Positions 1-13,087 of a stretch of 64,000 bases of DNA are shown here, one piece after another. The position numbers and the translations under genes are program-made. Under the pieces are notes generated by a model. It did no database searches and was not told where the DNA came from. It saw nothing but the letters and a program-made list of their open reading frames with translations. Location: positions 44,764,001 to 44,828,000 of the forward strand of contig OX597837.1 in NCBI GenBank assembly GCA_951406725.2. Direction: 5' to 3'. Position 1 is the first letter of the stretch. Each line of letters starts with the position of its first letter. This stretch comes from Octopus vulgaris (lineage: Eukaryota).

Positions 1-1190
1 CCAGACCGGGCGTTGTGAGTGTTTATTGAGCGAAAACACCTAAAAGCTCCACGAGGCTCCGGCAGGGGGTGGTGGTGATCCCTGCTGTACTCTTTCACCA
101 CAACTTTCTCTCACTCTTACTTCCTGTTTCTGTTGTACCTGTATTTCAAAGGGCCGGCCTTGTCACTCTCTGTGTCACGCTGAATATCCCCGAGAACTAC
201 GTTAAGGGTACACGTGTCTGTGGAGTGCTCAGCCACTTACACGTTAATTTCACGAGCAGGCTGTTCCGTTGATCGGATCAACCGGAACCCTCGTCGTCGT
301 AACCGACGGAGTGCTTCCAAAAGGTGGTGGTGTTAGTGGTGCCCGTCGTCGTCTGGTATCAGATCACTCCTGACAGAACAAACCTTGAATCAAAAACGTT
401 CTAGCCGTGACTATCCCGTTTATCTTTATCTGTAAATGCTTGCCTGCATTGTCCGATGCATCACTAAACTCTTTTCCTTTTATCTTTTACCATTGACTTG
501 TTTCTGTCACTGGACTGCGGCCATGCTGGGGCATCGTCTTAAAGGGTTTGGTCTGTAAATCGCTTCAAGTTCTTAGCCTTTTGTTAAGACCGGTACTTCT
601 TCCACCATTCTCTTTTGCCGAACTGTAAGTTGACGGGGGCGTAAACAAACCAACGTCGTGCATCCACATAGTTTCTGTCTACCAAATTCACTCACAAGGA
701 TTTGGTCGACCCCAGGCTATAGTAGAAGAAGCTTGCACGAAGAGGGACTGAACCTGGAACAATGTGGTTGGCAAGTAAACTTCTTACCACGCAGCCAGAC
801 TTGCACCAATTGTTGTTGTTGTTGTTACTGCTGTAGTTGTTGTTGTTGTTCTTCTTCTTCTCCTTCTTCTTGTTCTTCTTCTTCTTGTTCTTGTTCTTCT
901 TGTTCTTCTTCTTGTTCTTCTTGTTGTTGTTGTTGTTCTTCTTCAAAACCAAGAACTCATATCAAATATTGTTTTAGTACCGCTATTGCCTAGTACGTGC
1001 TACCAAGCTTTCACAAGAGTAAAAACCAGATAGAGAGACAGACAGGAAAAAGGAGAATGTCCCTTGTATTTGAAAACTATGGGAATATTTTTAAAACATT
1101 TCAATTAATTTTTCCACAATTTAATTGTTTTTTATACTTTTACTTTAAGTTGAAAAAGTCACATATCAACTCGTGGTTTCCTTTCCAACG

Positions 1191-1266
<76 letters not shown>

Positions 1267-1392
1267 GTAAAAAAATACAAACTAGGACAAGAACACAAAA
1301 CATTTACAAGACGATACAAAAAACACGGACGGGACATTCGAAGCCTTCAATCTTCAGTCAAGAACCGGATCATCCTCGCAATTTCGGCTGAT

Positions 1393-1426
<34 letters not shown>

Positions 1427-1466
1427 CACATACATATATATATATACATACATACATACATACATG

Positions 1467-1505
<39 letters not shown>

Positions 1506-1531
1506 ATATGTATATATATATATATATATAT

Positions 1532-1580
<49 letters not shown>

Positions 1581-1803
1581 TTTATCTCCCTCAATTTTTA
1601 AATATTTAAATAAATACGTTCCCTAGTAGTAAGCTTTACCCGCAGTGAATTATTCACTGCAGCCCTTCGCTTCAGGAGTCTCTTAGCGCGCCGGAACCAA
1701 GACATTTGAAATTTTATTCCCGATGTAATCAGTAAGACTAAGCACGTGTCTGTCTTGACACAGAGAGCTGGGGTTAGTCTTGCGGTTTGCATCTCGAGGA
1801 CCG

Positions 1804-1879
1804 AATGTACTGAAGAAGTCACGGACACTTGAATTATGCAAGTAATTCTTTTGTTAAGACCGAAACCGAGGTATGCATT
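1804..1879 (+). ncRNA. Type I hammerhead ribozyme motif, near-intact
   Basis: AATGTA - CTGAAGA - AGTC...GACC - GAAA - CCGAGG - TA - TGCATT. Stem I is 6 bp with one G-U; A-C mismatch at the base of stem II; GUA triplet at 1871-1873. Confidence 0.72.
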
Positions 1880-2019
1880 TAAGTCTGTTTTTTTATTTAA
1901 TTTTTCATATGTCCTGCCCGCCAAATTTGGTTCTGGTGTTCGCTGAATTCTTCCTCTAGAGAATTTCCCTTGTAGTTTGATCGTTTATGATCTATTTCTA
2001 GCATTCTGGCCGGCTACCT

Positions 2020-2109
<90 letters not shown>

Positions 2110-2307
2110 CCACATATTTTGTGTGTCTCTGTTTGTCTCCACCCACCATCGCTTGACAACCGATGCTGGTGTGTTTACGTCCCCGTAACTTATCGGTTCG
2201 GCAAAGAGACCGATAGAATAAGTACAAGGCTTACAAACAATAAGTCCTGGGGTCGATCTCTTTGACTAAGACTCTTAAAACGGTGAAATGACTGAAACTA
2301 ATATGTG

Positions 2308-2349
<42 letters not shown>

Positions 2350-2377
2350 CATACATAGTATTAGAATTGATCTTTAC

Positions 2378-2422
<45 letters not shown>

Positions 2423-2540
2423 TGTTTGTGTTCATGGGTGTGTGCGTGCATATGTTTGTAATTATAGATGTACACGTATATATACACATACATAAGCATA
2501 CATGCATATATGTACATATATTAGCCATATATTAGCCATC

Positions 2541-2625
2541 TTCCTGCTGAGGATGGCAACGCCAATTGTAAAGTAAAATGATTTTATTTTACAAAAGATT
2601 GCCGAAACTATGCATAGTCCAGGAA
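2541..2625 (+). ncRNA. Type I hammerhead ribozyme, apparently intact
   Basis: TTCCTG - CTGAGGA - T - GGCAA...TTGCC - GAAA - CTATGCATAG - TC - CAGGAA. Core complete, stems I/II/III pair, GUC cleavage triplet at 2617-2619. Confidence 0.85.
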
Positions 2626-3158
2626 AGATAGGGTAAACGTTTTTATTTCTCTTTCCCTTTCAGAATTACAGCTATTAGTGGTTTGGAGTTTAACTGCTCT
2701 TTCTAGTGAGTCAGATGTCCTATTATGGTAATCTCTTATGTGTTTATATGTATATATATATATTTACTGATTTAAAAATGTATATAAATTCCTGCATACC
2801 TACCTATACATTGTAGGCTAATTAAAGCAGAAACCATTAGGCCTCAGGCTGGAAACACCTGGAATGCATTTATCAACATTTATGATTCAAAAATTTCTTT
2901 TATTTATCAGAAATCATTCGTTTGATACTATTTTTAACGGAATTGATTTCGTTTTGTACTTTATTGGTTTCGAAAAACTAAAAATTCTCAAGGGAAACAG
3001 CCTCTCACACACCACCAACCCAAAGGAGAAACAAATCTGAAAATAAAAGGATATATTTAAAATATCATAAAAAAGGACAAAAAAATGACAAAAAGATGGA
3101 GATATATCGAAATATAATAATATTGGAATTACCTATTCAAGTCTAAAATTCTTATATC

Positions 3159-3267
<109 letters not shown>

Positions 3268-3268
3268 C

Positions 3269-3387
<119 letters not shown>

Positions 3388-3721
3388 CTTCTTCTTTTTC
3401 TTCTTCTTCTTCTTCTTCTTCTTCGTCTTCTGCTTTCGCTTCTCATCCTCCTCCTCCCCTTTTCACTCTTCCTCTTCCCATTCTCCTTCTCTCCTCCACA
3501 TCTTTCTCCATTTCTCCCTTTCTTTTTTTCTTCATCTTTTCCCCTCTTCCTCCTTCTTCCCCTCCTCCTCCTCCTTCACCCTCATCCTCCCTCTTCCGCT
3601 CCTCCTTTTTTTACTCTCCTCTTCCACGCCTCTTCTCCGCCTCTTCCACCCCTCCTCCCCTCCTCTTTCTTCCAATCGCCATCTTCTCTAGATTTTTTTG
3701 TCTTTATTGTAAATATCCACA

Positions 3722-3752
<31 letters not shown>

Positions 3753-4142
3753 TTGTTCTTGTAGTATTATCAATCATTATTACAGAATATCTCATGTTAT
3801 TAATATTTCACACCCTTCGCTCCACCGCTCCACCGCTCCACCGCTCCATCGTTTCTCTCTCTATATATATACAGAAGTCAATCAGTGCATTCAGTAATGG
3901 CGGTTTATTATATTCACGATATTGTATTTCTATTTCCAGATGTTTTATTAGATTTTCGTTTCAGTTCTTCGTAGCAGCGGCTGAAATTTGAGAAACAATT
4001 TCTTGTAAGACATTTCACGGCTGATCTAATGATTTATTCATGATTTATGGCTCACAGTGTTATCATCTTTCAAAATGGCAACGAACTGCTTTTTCTGTGT
4101 GTATGTGTGTGGATTAGGAATTAAATACGAATGAATCTATGA

Positions 4143-5730
4143 TATACGAGTTCTGTAAATAAAGTAATAACACTAGTCTTATAGCGGTCGATCTAGCAAC
4201 AACTTCGGGGTTCCCCTTCGTGGTTTTACCACATCAACGTCCCCTATAATTTCAGTTCATGCAGGAACAATATGGCGTTACGAGGTGAACAGTGAGTGCA
4301 GGTTTTTTGGACTGGTTTTATTTTGTGTATCCTAAAAACGAGCGAGTACAGTCACGAACAACGCTGTGCGATTAAGTTTTATTTCAAACTCGGGATCTTT
4401 TCTGTTTAAACGGCAGTTTTTTCTAGCGGTGTCATATGAAATTGTCACCCATAATTATGACCCTAGTATCGGTCTATTGCATTTCAATCTATTTAAGGGT
4501 TAGGGTTAGTTAGGATTAGGATTAGGGGTGGGGGAAGGGTATCTTATTTTCTTCACAAATGTAAATGAACCCAATCTGTTTCTTAAACAAGGGACATATT
4601 CATACGGCACGGAATGTTGTTTACCTCAATGGACGTCAGTGATTAGTTGAAATTGCAGAAATTGAAGAAAAAAACAACAAATATCTTACAAACTATAGAA
4701 TTTTCTCAATAAAGCCAAGAGAAAAAGATGTTTTATAAACACATTCTACCAGTATACGAAGTTTAAAAGTGTTTAGTTACCTAGAAATTATGTTAAAAAC
4801 TGCCGTTCAAACCGAGAAGATCCCAATCTCGGACACAATGCTACTAAAACTTGTGCAAAACTTCGACAGTCTCATGCGGGTACTGCTTTATCAAGAGCAC
4901 AGATTTTCGGATGCTTTATCAAGAGCACAGATTTTTTCGAAGGCCAAGAATCCGCTGAATATGACTTTCGGTCAGGAATCCCATCGAAAATGTGGATCGT
5001 ACCAGAAACCTTATACGATTGAAGAGAAGCTGAATTTGAACTATACTACCTCTCTGTCAAGATTTGACTAATGAATTGAGAATGAGGAAATTTGTTCCCC
5101 AAAATCTCACTCCTGAACAAAAAGATAACAGGAAGGAAGTGTGCTGTGATCTGGAATGGACTGAAAATCACCCAGATTTTCTCAGAAACGCCGTGAAGGC
5201 TGATGGACTTTTGAGTAGGATCCAGAAACAAAATGTCAAGTCAAGAGTGGCACCGAGGCCGAAAAGAAAACGAGAATAAGCAAATCCTAAATGAAAACCA
5301 TGCTCATTTGCTTTGTTTAAAATAATAGAATTGTCTTAAGGACAGAGGCTCAATCAGTATTTCTGCCCTAAGGTTCTTAAAAGTCTGCAAAAACGGGGGT
5401 TCGCGCGAGTCCAAACGTCGACGGCACCTGGATGCTGCAAGGAAAAGAATCCCTGTTGCCCCTCAGCCCCCATATTCGCCTGATCTGTGTCTATATTGCT
5501 TCTTTCTCTTCTCCAGATGGAAAATTCACTTAAAAGGTCATCATATTGGCATGCTGGGAAACATAAAAAAAGGCTTTTTCCGAAGGTTTTAAGGCTGTAA
5601 AAAGCTTAAAACCATTTCAGTTTCCGAGTTCCAGCACTGCTGTGGAAAGCGGAAGCAACGTCTTGGGAGCAGTGTGGCTTCCCAAGGGAACTATTTTGAA
5701 GGGGACAGTCGATTTATAACTTCATTATAT
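4143..5730 (+). mobile_element. Decayed mariner transposon interrupted by a MITE
   Basis: Frameshifted transposase pieces EQRCAIKFYFKLG, KFVPQNLTPEQK (WVPxxL motif), PQPPYSPDL..FFLF and QGNYFEGD; begins TA-TACGAG. Confidence 0.85.
4393..4823. mobile_element. Non-autonomous DNA transposon (MITE) with 8-bp TSD, copy 1
   Basis: TIRs GGATCTTTTC.GTTT.A.CGGCAGTTTTT and AAAAACTGCCG.TCAAACCGA.AAGATCC. TSD caaactcg/caatctcg; inserted inside the mariner coding region. Confidence 0.85.
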
Positions 5731-5869
5731 ATTAAAGGGCCGACTGAAAACCTAAAGCGAAACGCATTTTTTCGCTGATTCAACGATTCAGCTAATCGGT
5801 CGCTTTGGTAACGGTTTCTAATTCCGATACAAGAACAGAGGTAGTGGAAAAAGGAGGTCGGTCACCGTC

Positions 5870-6085
5870 GCCGCCGTCGTCGTCATCATCATGATCATCA
5901 TCATCATCATCGTTTTGTAACCGTCGACATCATTTCGTTGTCATAATCGTCATTAACACGATCTTATTTCCACACGTCATCGTCGTCCTCCTCCTCCCCT
6001 TCTCCACATTCACCTCTTCACCATTATCATCATCATCACCGTCATCATCATCATCATCGTCATCGTCATTGTCATCATCATCATC

Positions 6086-6134
<49 letters not shown>

Positions 6135-6217
6135 CCAACATCATCATCATCATCATCATCACCGTCATCATCATCATCACCGTCATCATCATCAGCATCA
6201 TCATCATCAGCATCATC

Positions 6218-6248
<31 letters not shown>

Positions 6249-6295
6249 CCGTCATCATCATCATCACCGTCATCATCATCATCATCATCGTCATC

Positions 6296-6344
<49 letters not shown>

Positions 6345-6527
6345 CCAACATCATCATCATCATCATCATCACCGTCATCATCATCATCACCGTCATCATC
6401 ATCAGCATCATCATCATCAGCATCATCATCATCATCATCACCATCATCATCATCGTCATCATCATCGTCATCGTCATCGTCATCGTCATCATCATCATCA
6501 TCATCATCATCACCAATATCATCATCG

Positions 6528-6568
<41 letters not shown>

Positions 6569-6595
6569 GACATCATCATCATCATCACCATCATC
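5870..6595. repeat. (CAT)n compound trinucleotide array with internal block duplication
   Basis: Direct reading; source of the poly-D/S/M ORFs. A similar (GAT/GAC)n array lies at 57836-58270. Confidence 0.95.
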
Positions 6596-6832
6596 TGCAG
6601 GTGTGTATATTCTTACATTTTTACGAACCAAACCAAAATCTTTTATTGTCTAAAAAGGACTCGAGGCTTCTCTGCGAAAAACCTTGAAATTTCATTTTGT
6701 ATGGAAAGAATTTTCTGGCATCTTCTTCTCAGGGCAGAATCCGTAGGAGTTTTCTGTTAATGATGCCAATATAGATTATATTGTACGCTGTAGAGTAATT
6801 GTGGATGTTAGATATGGAAAGGCACAATGGGA

Positions 6833-6871
<39 letters not shown>

Positions 6872-6917
6872 CATATATACATACATACATACATACATAT
6901 ATATAAATATAGATACA

Positions 6918-7024
<107 letters not shown>

Positions 7025-7115
7025 CACACGTACACACATACCCAAACATATATATTCGGTCATGAAGAGAAAGTGAAATATACATACATACATATATATA
7101 AATATAGATACATAC

Positions 7116-7227
<112 letters not shown>

Positions 7228-7379
7228 CACACGTACACACATACCCAAACATATATATTCGGTCATGAAGAGAAAGTAAGAGAAAGAGAGAGAGAGAGAG
7301 AGAAATTACACCAGGAAAAGAGAGAGAAAAGGAAAATGAACAAATAAATTATGCGCGTGCGTGTGCTTGCATTTGTATG

Positions 7380-7428
<49 letters not shown>

Positions 7429-7475
7429 GGCATTATTAAATTTCAGAATGAGATGTAAACAGTAATCGCTCGATA

Positions 7476-7689
7476 ATGTAAAGTATAGAAGCCATCTTAA
7501 TATGGCTAACCACATAGGGGAGGGGGTATTACTGTAGCTCTATAGCCCCAGGAGATCGTCGTCTCCAGCTGGCACTGAAATGGTGTCTAAAGCCAGCTGG
7601 AGACGACGATCTCCCGGGGCTATAGAGCTACAGTAACACCTCCTCCCTTTGTGCTTAGCCATATTAAGATGGCTTCTATACTTTACATG
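7476..7689. repeat. Long near-perfect inverted repeat (about 97-bp arms)
   Basis: ATGTAAAGTATAGAAGCCATC...CCAGCTGGC, a short loop, then its reverse complement. The arm matches the interior of the Helitron at about 40690-40750. Confidence 0.9.
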
Positions 7690-7924
7690 ATATATATTTA
7701 ATTTATACATATATGGCTATACATACATGCACACACACACACGCACACACACACACACACACACAGATATATATATAGTTGGAATTTACAAAAAAACAAA
7801 CAAAAGAAACTTACCAAATCTTCAATAGAAACTAAGGCAATTTCATCCGTATGCTACTTTACAAATTAAAAAATATAAAACTAATGGAAGGGAGATAATA
7901 CACATTTAATTATCTCCCTATATA

Positions 7925-8520
7925 AACAGTCACATAGCTTCCTTCCGATATAAGGACAAAAGCAAAACCACTAAGTTGGTTAGTCACGCATGGAGTTTGA
8001 AATCTAACGCAATAACTCACAAGATAAAGTGGAAAATAATCGAAAAATCCACACTTCATGTTATCGAATCAAAAAAATGCAAGCTATGTTTAGCTGAAGA
8101 GCTCAGATTTTTACAAATCTAAGATCTAATTCACTGCTGAAATTTAGACCTGAAATTTTCAGCGGTTATAAACATATGCCTCAGTTCCTATTGAAGATTT
8201 GGGAAGTTTCTTTTATATTCGATTAACTTGTACCATAAACTCTTAGTCACTAGTTTTTTCCCGCCTTATAATTTACGGTCTAAGAGAAAGAACTCTTTTC
8301 CCCTTACAATTCTTACTGATTATTTTTACGTCTTCCGGTTTTTTTAACGTTCCACTTATTCCAAATACCTCCTTCTTGCTTTTTCATGTTTCTTCTCTCA
8401 CTCAAGCTTTAGTTTGTTAAGCCTAGTGTCTGATGACTCTGCCGAGATGTCAGACATATTATAAAATTTGTTTGATATGTCCTTGGCACAAGTAACGAAT
8501 AGTAACACATAAAAAACATG
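7925..8520 (+). mobile_element. Penelope-like retroelement 3' fragment (endonuclease-region C-terminus plus decayed hammerhead)
   Basis: NSHIASFRYKDKSKTTKLVSHAWSLKSNAITHKIKWKIIEKS...KKCKLCLAEE, then after a frameshift SLLKFRPEIFSGYKH..FLL. This matches the H..SF/T.L..H.W.LK/I.W.I/C.LCL.E/LL..R.E pattern recalled for PLE ORF ends. CTGATGA...GTAAC decayed hammerhead at about 8426-8518. Confidence 0.7.
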
Positions 8521-9610
8521 TATTGTGTCTACTAAAAGATATATATTTTTTCTCTCCTCTTTTTCTCTCCTTTTTTCTCTCCTTTTCTTTTTCTGTGTCC
8601 CTTTCTAAAGAAGAGTGTAGGCTCGAAACGTAAAAGACTTTTTCTATTCCTGAACGTTATACTAATACATCTGTTTGTTTTGTACACCACCTGTCTTCGT
8701 CTTTTGTTTTTTTCGTAAACTCTTCCTATATATATATATATGTATGTATATGCGTGTATCTGTGTGTGTGTGTATATATATATACATATATATCTGTATG
8801 TATGTATATATATATATATGTATATACATATGTGTGTGTGTGTACACGTATATACATACAAACACATTCTTAGGCATACACATTGCAATACAGAATGAAA
8901 CAGAAGCAAAGAATTGCGAGAGAGTAAAATATAAGAAGGGAGGAGAGAGAACAGCAGAGAGTGAGGAGGAAAAAGAGGGAAAAAAGTGATAGAGAGAAAG
9001 AGAGAAAGAGTGTGTGTGTGTGAGAGAGAGAGTGGGAGAGAGACAGACAAAGAAAGAATGAGAAAGGGTGAGAATAAATGAAATAAAATTCCAATTCCCA
9101 ATTACAAATCCAAAATAGCCGATTTGAATCATTCGACGTTACTAATTCCTCAGTGTGTTTTTGTCTGCTATTATTTCTTAACAAGTAAACATTCTACCAC
9201 TTTCTGTCTCTTCCTCCCCCACTATACACTTTCTACATACGTAATACAATTTCGAGCTCAATTTCAACAGACATTCAGAAAGAACCATATATAACTGCTA
9301 TATATGGGCGACGTGAATCGACCAAGTGAAATTATTTTTGTTGTTAAAATAAAGCGGCATTTCGTTCGGGTTCTACGTTCTGAGTTCAAATACTACCGTG
9401 ATCAACTTTGCTTGTCATCCCTTAGGGGGTCGATGTTGAATACTGGGAGCGATGTAATCATCTTACCCCTTCCATTGGCATTGCTGAATTTGTGCAAAAA
9501 TTTGAAGTCATTTCTTCTTCTTCTTCTTCTTCTTCTTCTTCTTCTTCTTCTTCTTCTTCTTCTTCTTCTTCTTCTTCTTCTTCTTCTTCTTCTTCTTCTT
9601 CTTCTTCTTT

Positions 9611-9841
9611 AAGGCGGTGAGCTGGCAGAAACCTTAGCACACTGGCCGAAATGCTTAGCGGTATTCCGTCTGCCGCTACGTTCTGAGTTCAAATTCCGCC
9701 GAGGTCAACTTTGCCTTTCATCCATCTGGGGTCGATTAAATAAGTACCAGTTACACACTGGGGTCGCTATAATCGACTTAATCCCTTTGTCTGTCCTTGT
9801 TTGTCCCCTCTATGTTTAGCCTCTTGTGGACAATAAAGAAA
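9611..9841 (+). mobile_element. tRNA-derived SINE family B
   Basis: AGGCGGTGAGCTGGCAGAA...GAGTTCAAATTCC (B box)...GCCTTTCATCC..GGGGTCGAT..AAGTACC, resembling the Meta/Sauria-type central domain. Copies at about 14123-14596, 16805-16945, 22080-22450(-), 25585-25960, 28013-28465 (tandem pair), 33195-33395(-), 56755-57400. Confidence 0.88.
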
Positions 9842-10862
9842 TATATATTAGCCAATGTGAGCTTGAATAAAAGACTTCATTATGTGATTTGAGGGAGACG
9901 AATTTTATTTCTAGCATGTCAGCCGTCCATGTAGTAGAATATAAGTCAATGTTGAGCATAAAGAAAAAGGAAAGCTTTGAGGGATTTTAAGGAGATGATT
10001 TCTATTTCTAACATGTCGAGAGACCATGTAGTGCTCATTAGCCAAAGTGTAATATACCACTTAACGACACTAACGTGTTGTGAGGGAGGCGGCTCATATT
10101 TCTAACATTCCAAGCGGCCTTGTAGTGGTTCAGTAACGAATGGATAACGTACCCCTTAAGATTCATTAGGGTGTGATTTCAGGGAGAGGGCTCTTATTCC
10201 TAGCATGCCGAGTAACCATGTAATGGTTCATTAGTCTATTTGCGCTTGAAAGAAATAAAATCCCGTAAGACTGCAGCAAATGATTTGAGGGATACGACTA
10301 CCATTTCTAGCATATTGGGCGTCCATCGAATGGTTCACCCTTTCCGCCGTGTTTTCTCGTAATCTGTTAATGTTAATAGCGATGGTTATAAATTTGTAGA
10401 GTTGTTTGTGTTGAAATCATTCAAGTATTTCAAAAATTAGTAGCAGGAATTGATAGATTCTGAAATATTGTCTATAATAATCATTTCGCATCACAGAATA
10501 TTTCTGAAAATGAAAATGGAAATTACATCATAGAAGTTCCCAGATGGAATGAACACGTTTGATTACTAATCATAGATATATTACTTATGGACATGATTTT
10601 CGTTCAGTTATTTATGGAAGCCAATCTCCAAAATCAATGGATACATTCGGCGCCTGCCAATTGAATATTCATTGCAAGAATAAGTCGTAGGATGTGTAGG
10701 ATGTGTTATTTGTAAATTGAGGGTAGCAACAAACCATATAGCTAGATAACAGCCAGTCACGTTACGGTCGGTTTATGTGGTGATAATATAATTTTAAACT
10801 CTTTGATACTTGTTCAAAATGTGGAAAGTTCTCGCATCTTACAAGCACTGATTAAAGACAAC

Positions 10863-10935
<73 letters not shown>

Positions 10936-10949
10936 ATCTTATCTATCTG

Positions 10950-11000
<51 letters not shown>

Positions 11001-11053
11001 GTCTGTCTATCTATCTCTATCTATCTATCTATCCATCTATCTATCTCCATATA

Positions 11054-11144
<91 letters not shown>

Positions 11145-11310
11145 GCGACCTAATGGGCGTGACTGTGTGTTAAGAAGCTTGGTTCCAAACCAAATGGTTC
11201 CAGGTTCAATCGCACTGCGTGGCACTCTTGGCATATGTTTTCTACTATAGTCTCGGGTCAATCAATACCTTGTGAGTGGATTTGGTGGACGGGAACTGAA
11301 AGAAGCCCGT

Positions 11311-11341
<31 letters not shown>

Positions 11342-11879
11342 ACACATATATATAACCACTGAACCACGCGCTATGTATCTGTACGTACACACACACACAC
11401 ACACACATACACACAAACACACATACACACACACACAATACACACATATACACACATACATACACGCACATATTAAATACACACATTAAACATGGATTTT
11501 CAGCCATCTCGTATCAGTCAAGTGATTATACGTGTTGGCTTAATGTTAAATGAAACGAAAGTCATATCAGATGCTGTGTTCGTCTAAATATAAAAAGACG
11601 AGTCGTTAAGTCCGAGTGAGCAGAATCAGTGGAAGTAAATAAAAAATTTAGTTAAACGGCTTTCAGCGGAGGATTGAATTCATTTTAATGGAAAGAAACG
11701 AAAGAACTTAGATGTGTTCTTTTATTCGTTTATTTCTTAATGGACCCAGTCTTTCATGCGCGGCCATGCTAGAGCAACTCTTCGAAAGGCTTTGAAAGAG
11801 TTTATTCAATCACAACGTCTCCGGCACTCTTTTGCATACACACGTATACAATTGTATATGCACATGTATGTATGCGATA

Positions 11880-11936
<57 letters not shown>

Positions 11937-11977
11937 GCAAGATTTTTTATGTGAAGTCGTGTGTTGAAACAGATATT

Positions 11978-12072
11978 GTTATATTTCGGAATGGTCATTT
12001 TGCCAGTTTAGCCAATATAGTGCGTGTGTTTTTATTGGCTAAACTGGCAAAATGACCATTCCGAAATATAAC
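11978..12072. repeat. Perfect 40-bp inverted repeat with 15-nt loop
   Basis: Arms at 11978-12017 and 12033-12072 are exact reverse complements. Confidence 0.95.
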
Positions 12073-12104
<32 letters not shown>

Positions 12105-12107
12105 TAT

Positions 12108-12163
<56 letters not shown>

Positions 12164-12166
12164 TAT

Positions 12167-12466
12167 CACCGTGACCGACCAGGCTATCAGATGTTGCTAC
12201 ACATCGCTGGTCACAATGCGTTTGGCATTGTTTTAACCTTTAAATGACGCCACCCCGCTGGCTAAGCGAGCAGGCCAACAGAAGAAAGAGTGAGAGAAAG
12301 CTGTGGCGAAACAGTACAGCAGGGATCGCCACCACCCCCTGCCGGGGCCTCGTGGAGCCTTAGGCGTTTTTGCTCAATAAACACTCACAACGCCCGGTCT
12401 GGGAATCGAAACCGCGATCCTACGACCGCGAGTCTGCTGCCTTAACCACTGGGCCATTGCGCCTCC
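12167..12466 (-). mobile_element. tRNA-derived SINE family C
   Basis: Minus strand GGAGGCGCAATGGCCCAGTGGTTAAGGC...GGTTTCGATTCCC tRNA head. Copies at 1-320 (+, cut by window edge) and 63080-63385 (-), with different 3' tails. Confidence 0.88.
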
Positions 12467-12612
12467 TTAGTCATCATGAAGGTCAGAAATGCAACAAAAA
12501 TTTTAAATAGCTGTGTCAAATGAAAGATTATCATGGTAAAATGGCACTCGATATGAAATTAACGAAAATCGACTAAATCGAAAAACTCAAAATATAATCT
12601 TCTCTATAGCTT

Positions 12613-13087
12613 CTTCATGGTCTGCTGGGGTACCCCCCTCTACATGGTCTGCTGGGGTGCCCCCCTCTTCATGGTCTGCTGGGGTACCCCCTCTTCATGG
12701 TCTGCTGGGGTACCCCCTCTTCATGGTCTGCTGGCGTACCCCCTCTTCATGGTCTGCTGGGGTACCCCCTCTACATGGTCTGCTGGGGTACCCCCTCTTC
12801 ATGGTCTGCTGGGGTACCCCCTCTTCATGGTCTGCTGGGGTACCCACTCTTCATGGTCTGCTGTTGTACCCCCTCTTCATGGTCTGCTGGGGTACCCCTC
12901 TTCATGGTCTGCTGGGGTACCCCCTCTTCATGGTCTGCTGGGGTACCCCCTCTTCATGGTCTGCTGTTGTACCCCCTCTTCATGGTCTGCTGGGGTACCC
13001 CCTCTTCATGGTCTGCTGGGGTACCCACTCTTCATGGTCTGCTGGGGTACCCACTCTCCATGGTCTGCTGGGGTATCCCTCTTCATG
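12613..13087. repeat. GC-rich minisatellite, 26-27 bp unit, about 18 copies
   Basis: Unit CATGGTCTGCTGGGGTACCCCCTCTT repeated head-to-tail with few variants. Confidence 0.97.

Noticed and set aside
12390-12466. tRNA gene on the minus strand (also about 63310-63385 and 13640-13715)
   Set aside because: tRNA-like A/B boxes continue directly into multi-copy SINE bodies, so these are SINE heads.
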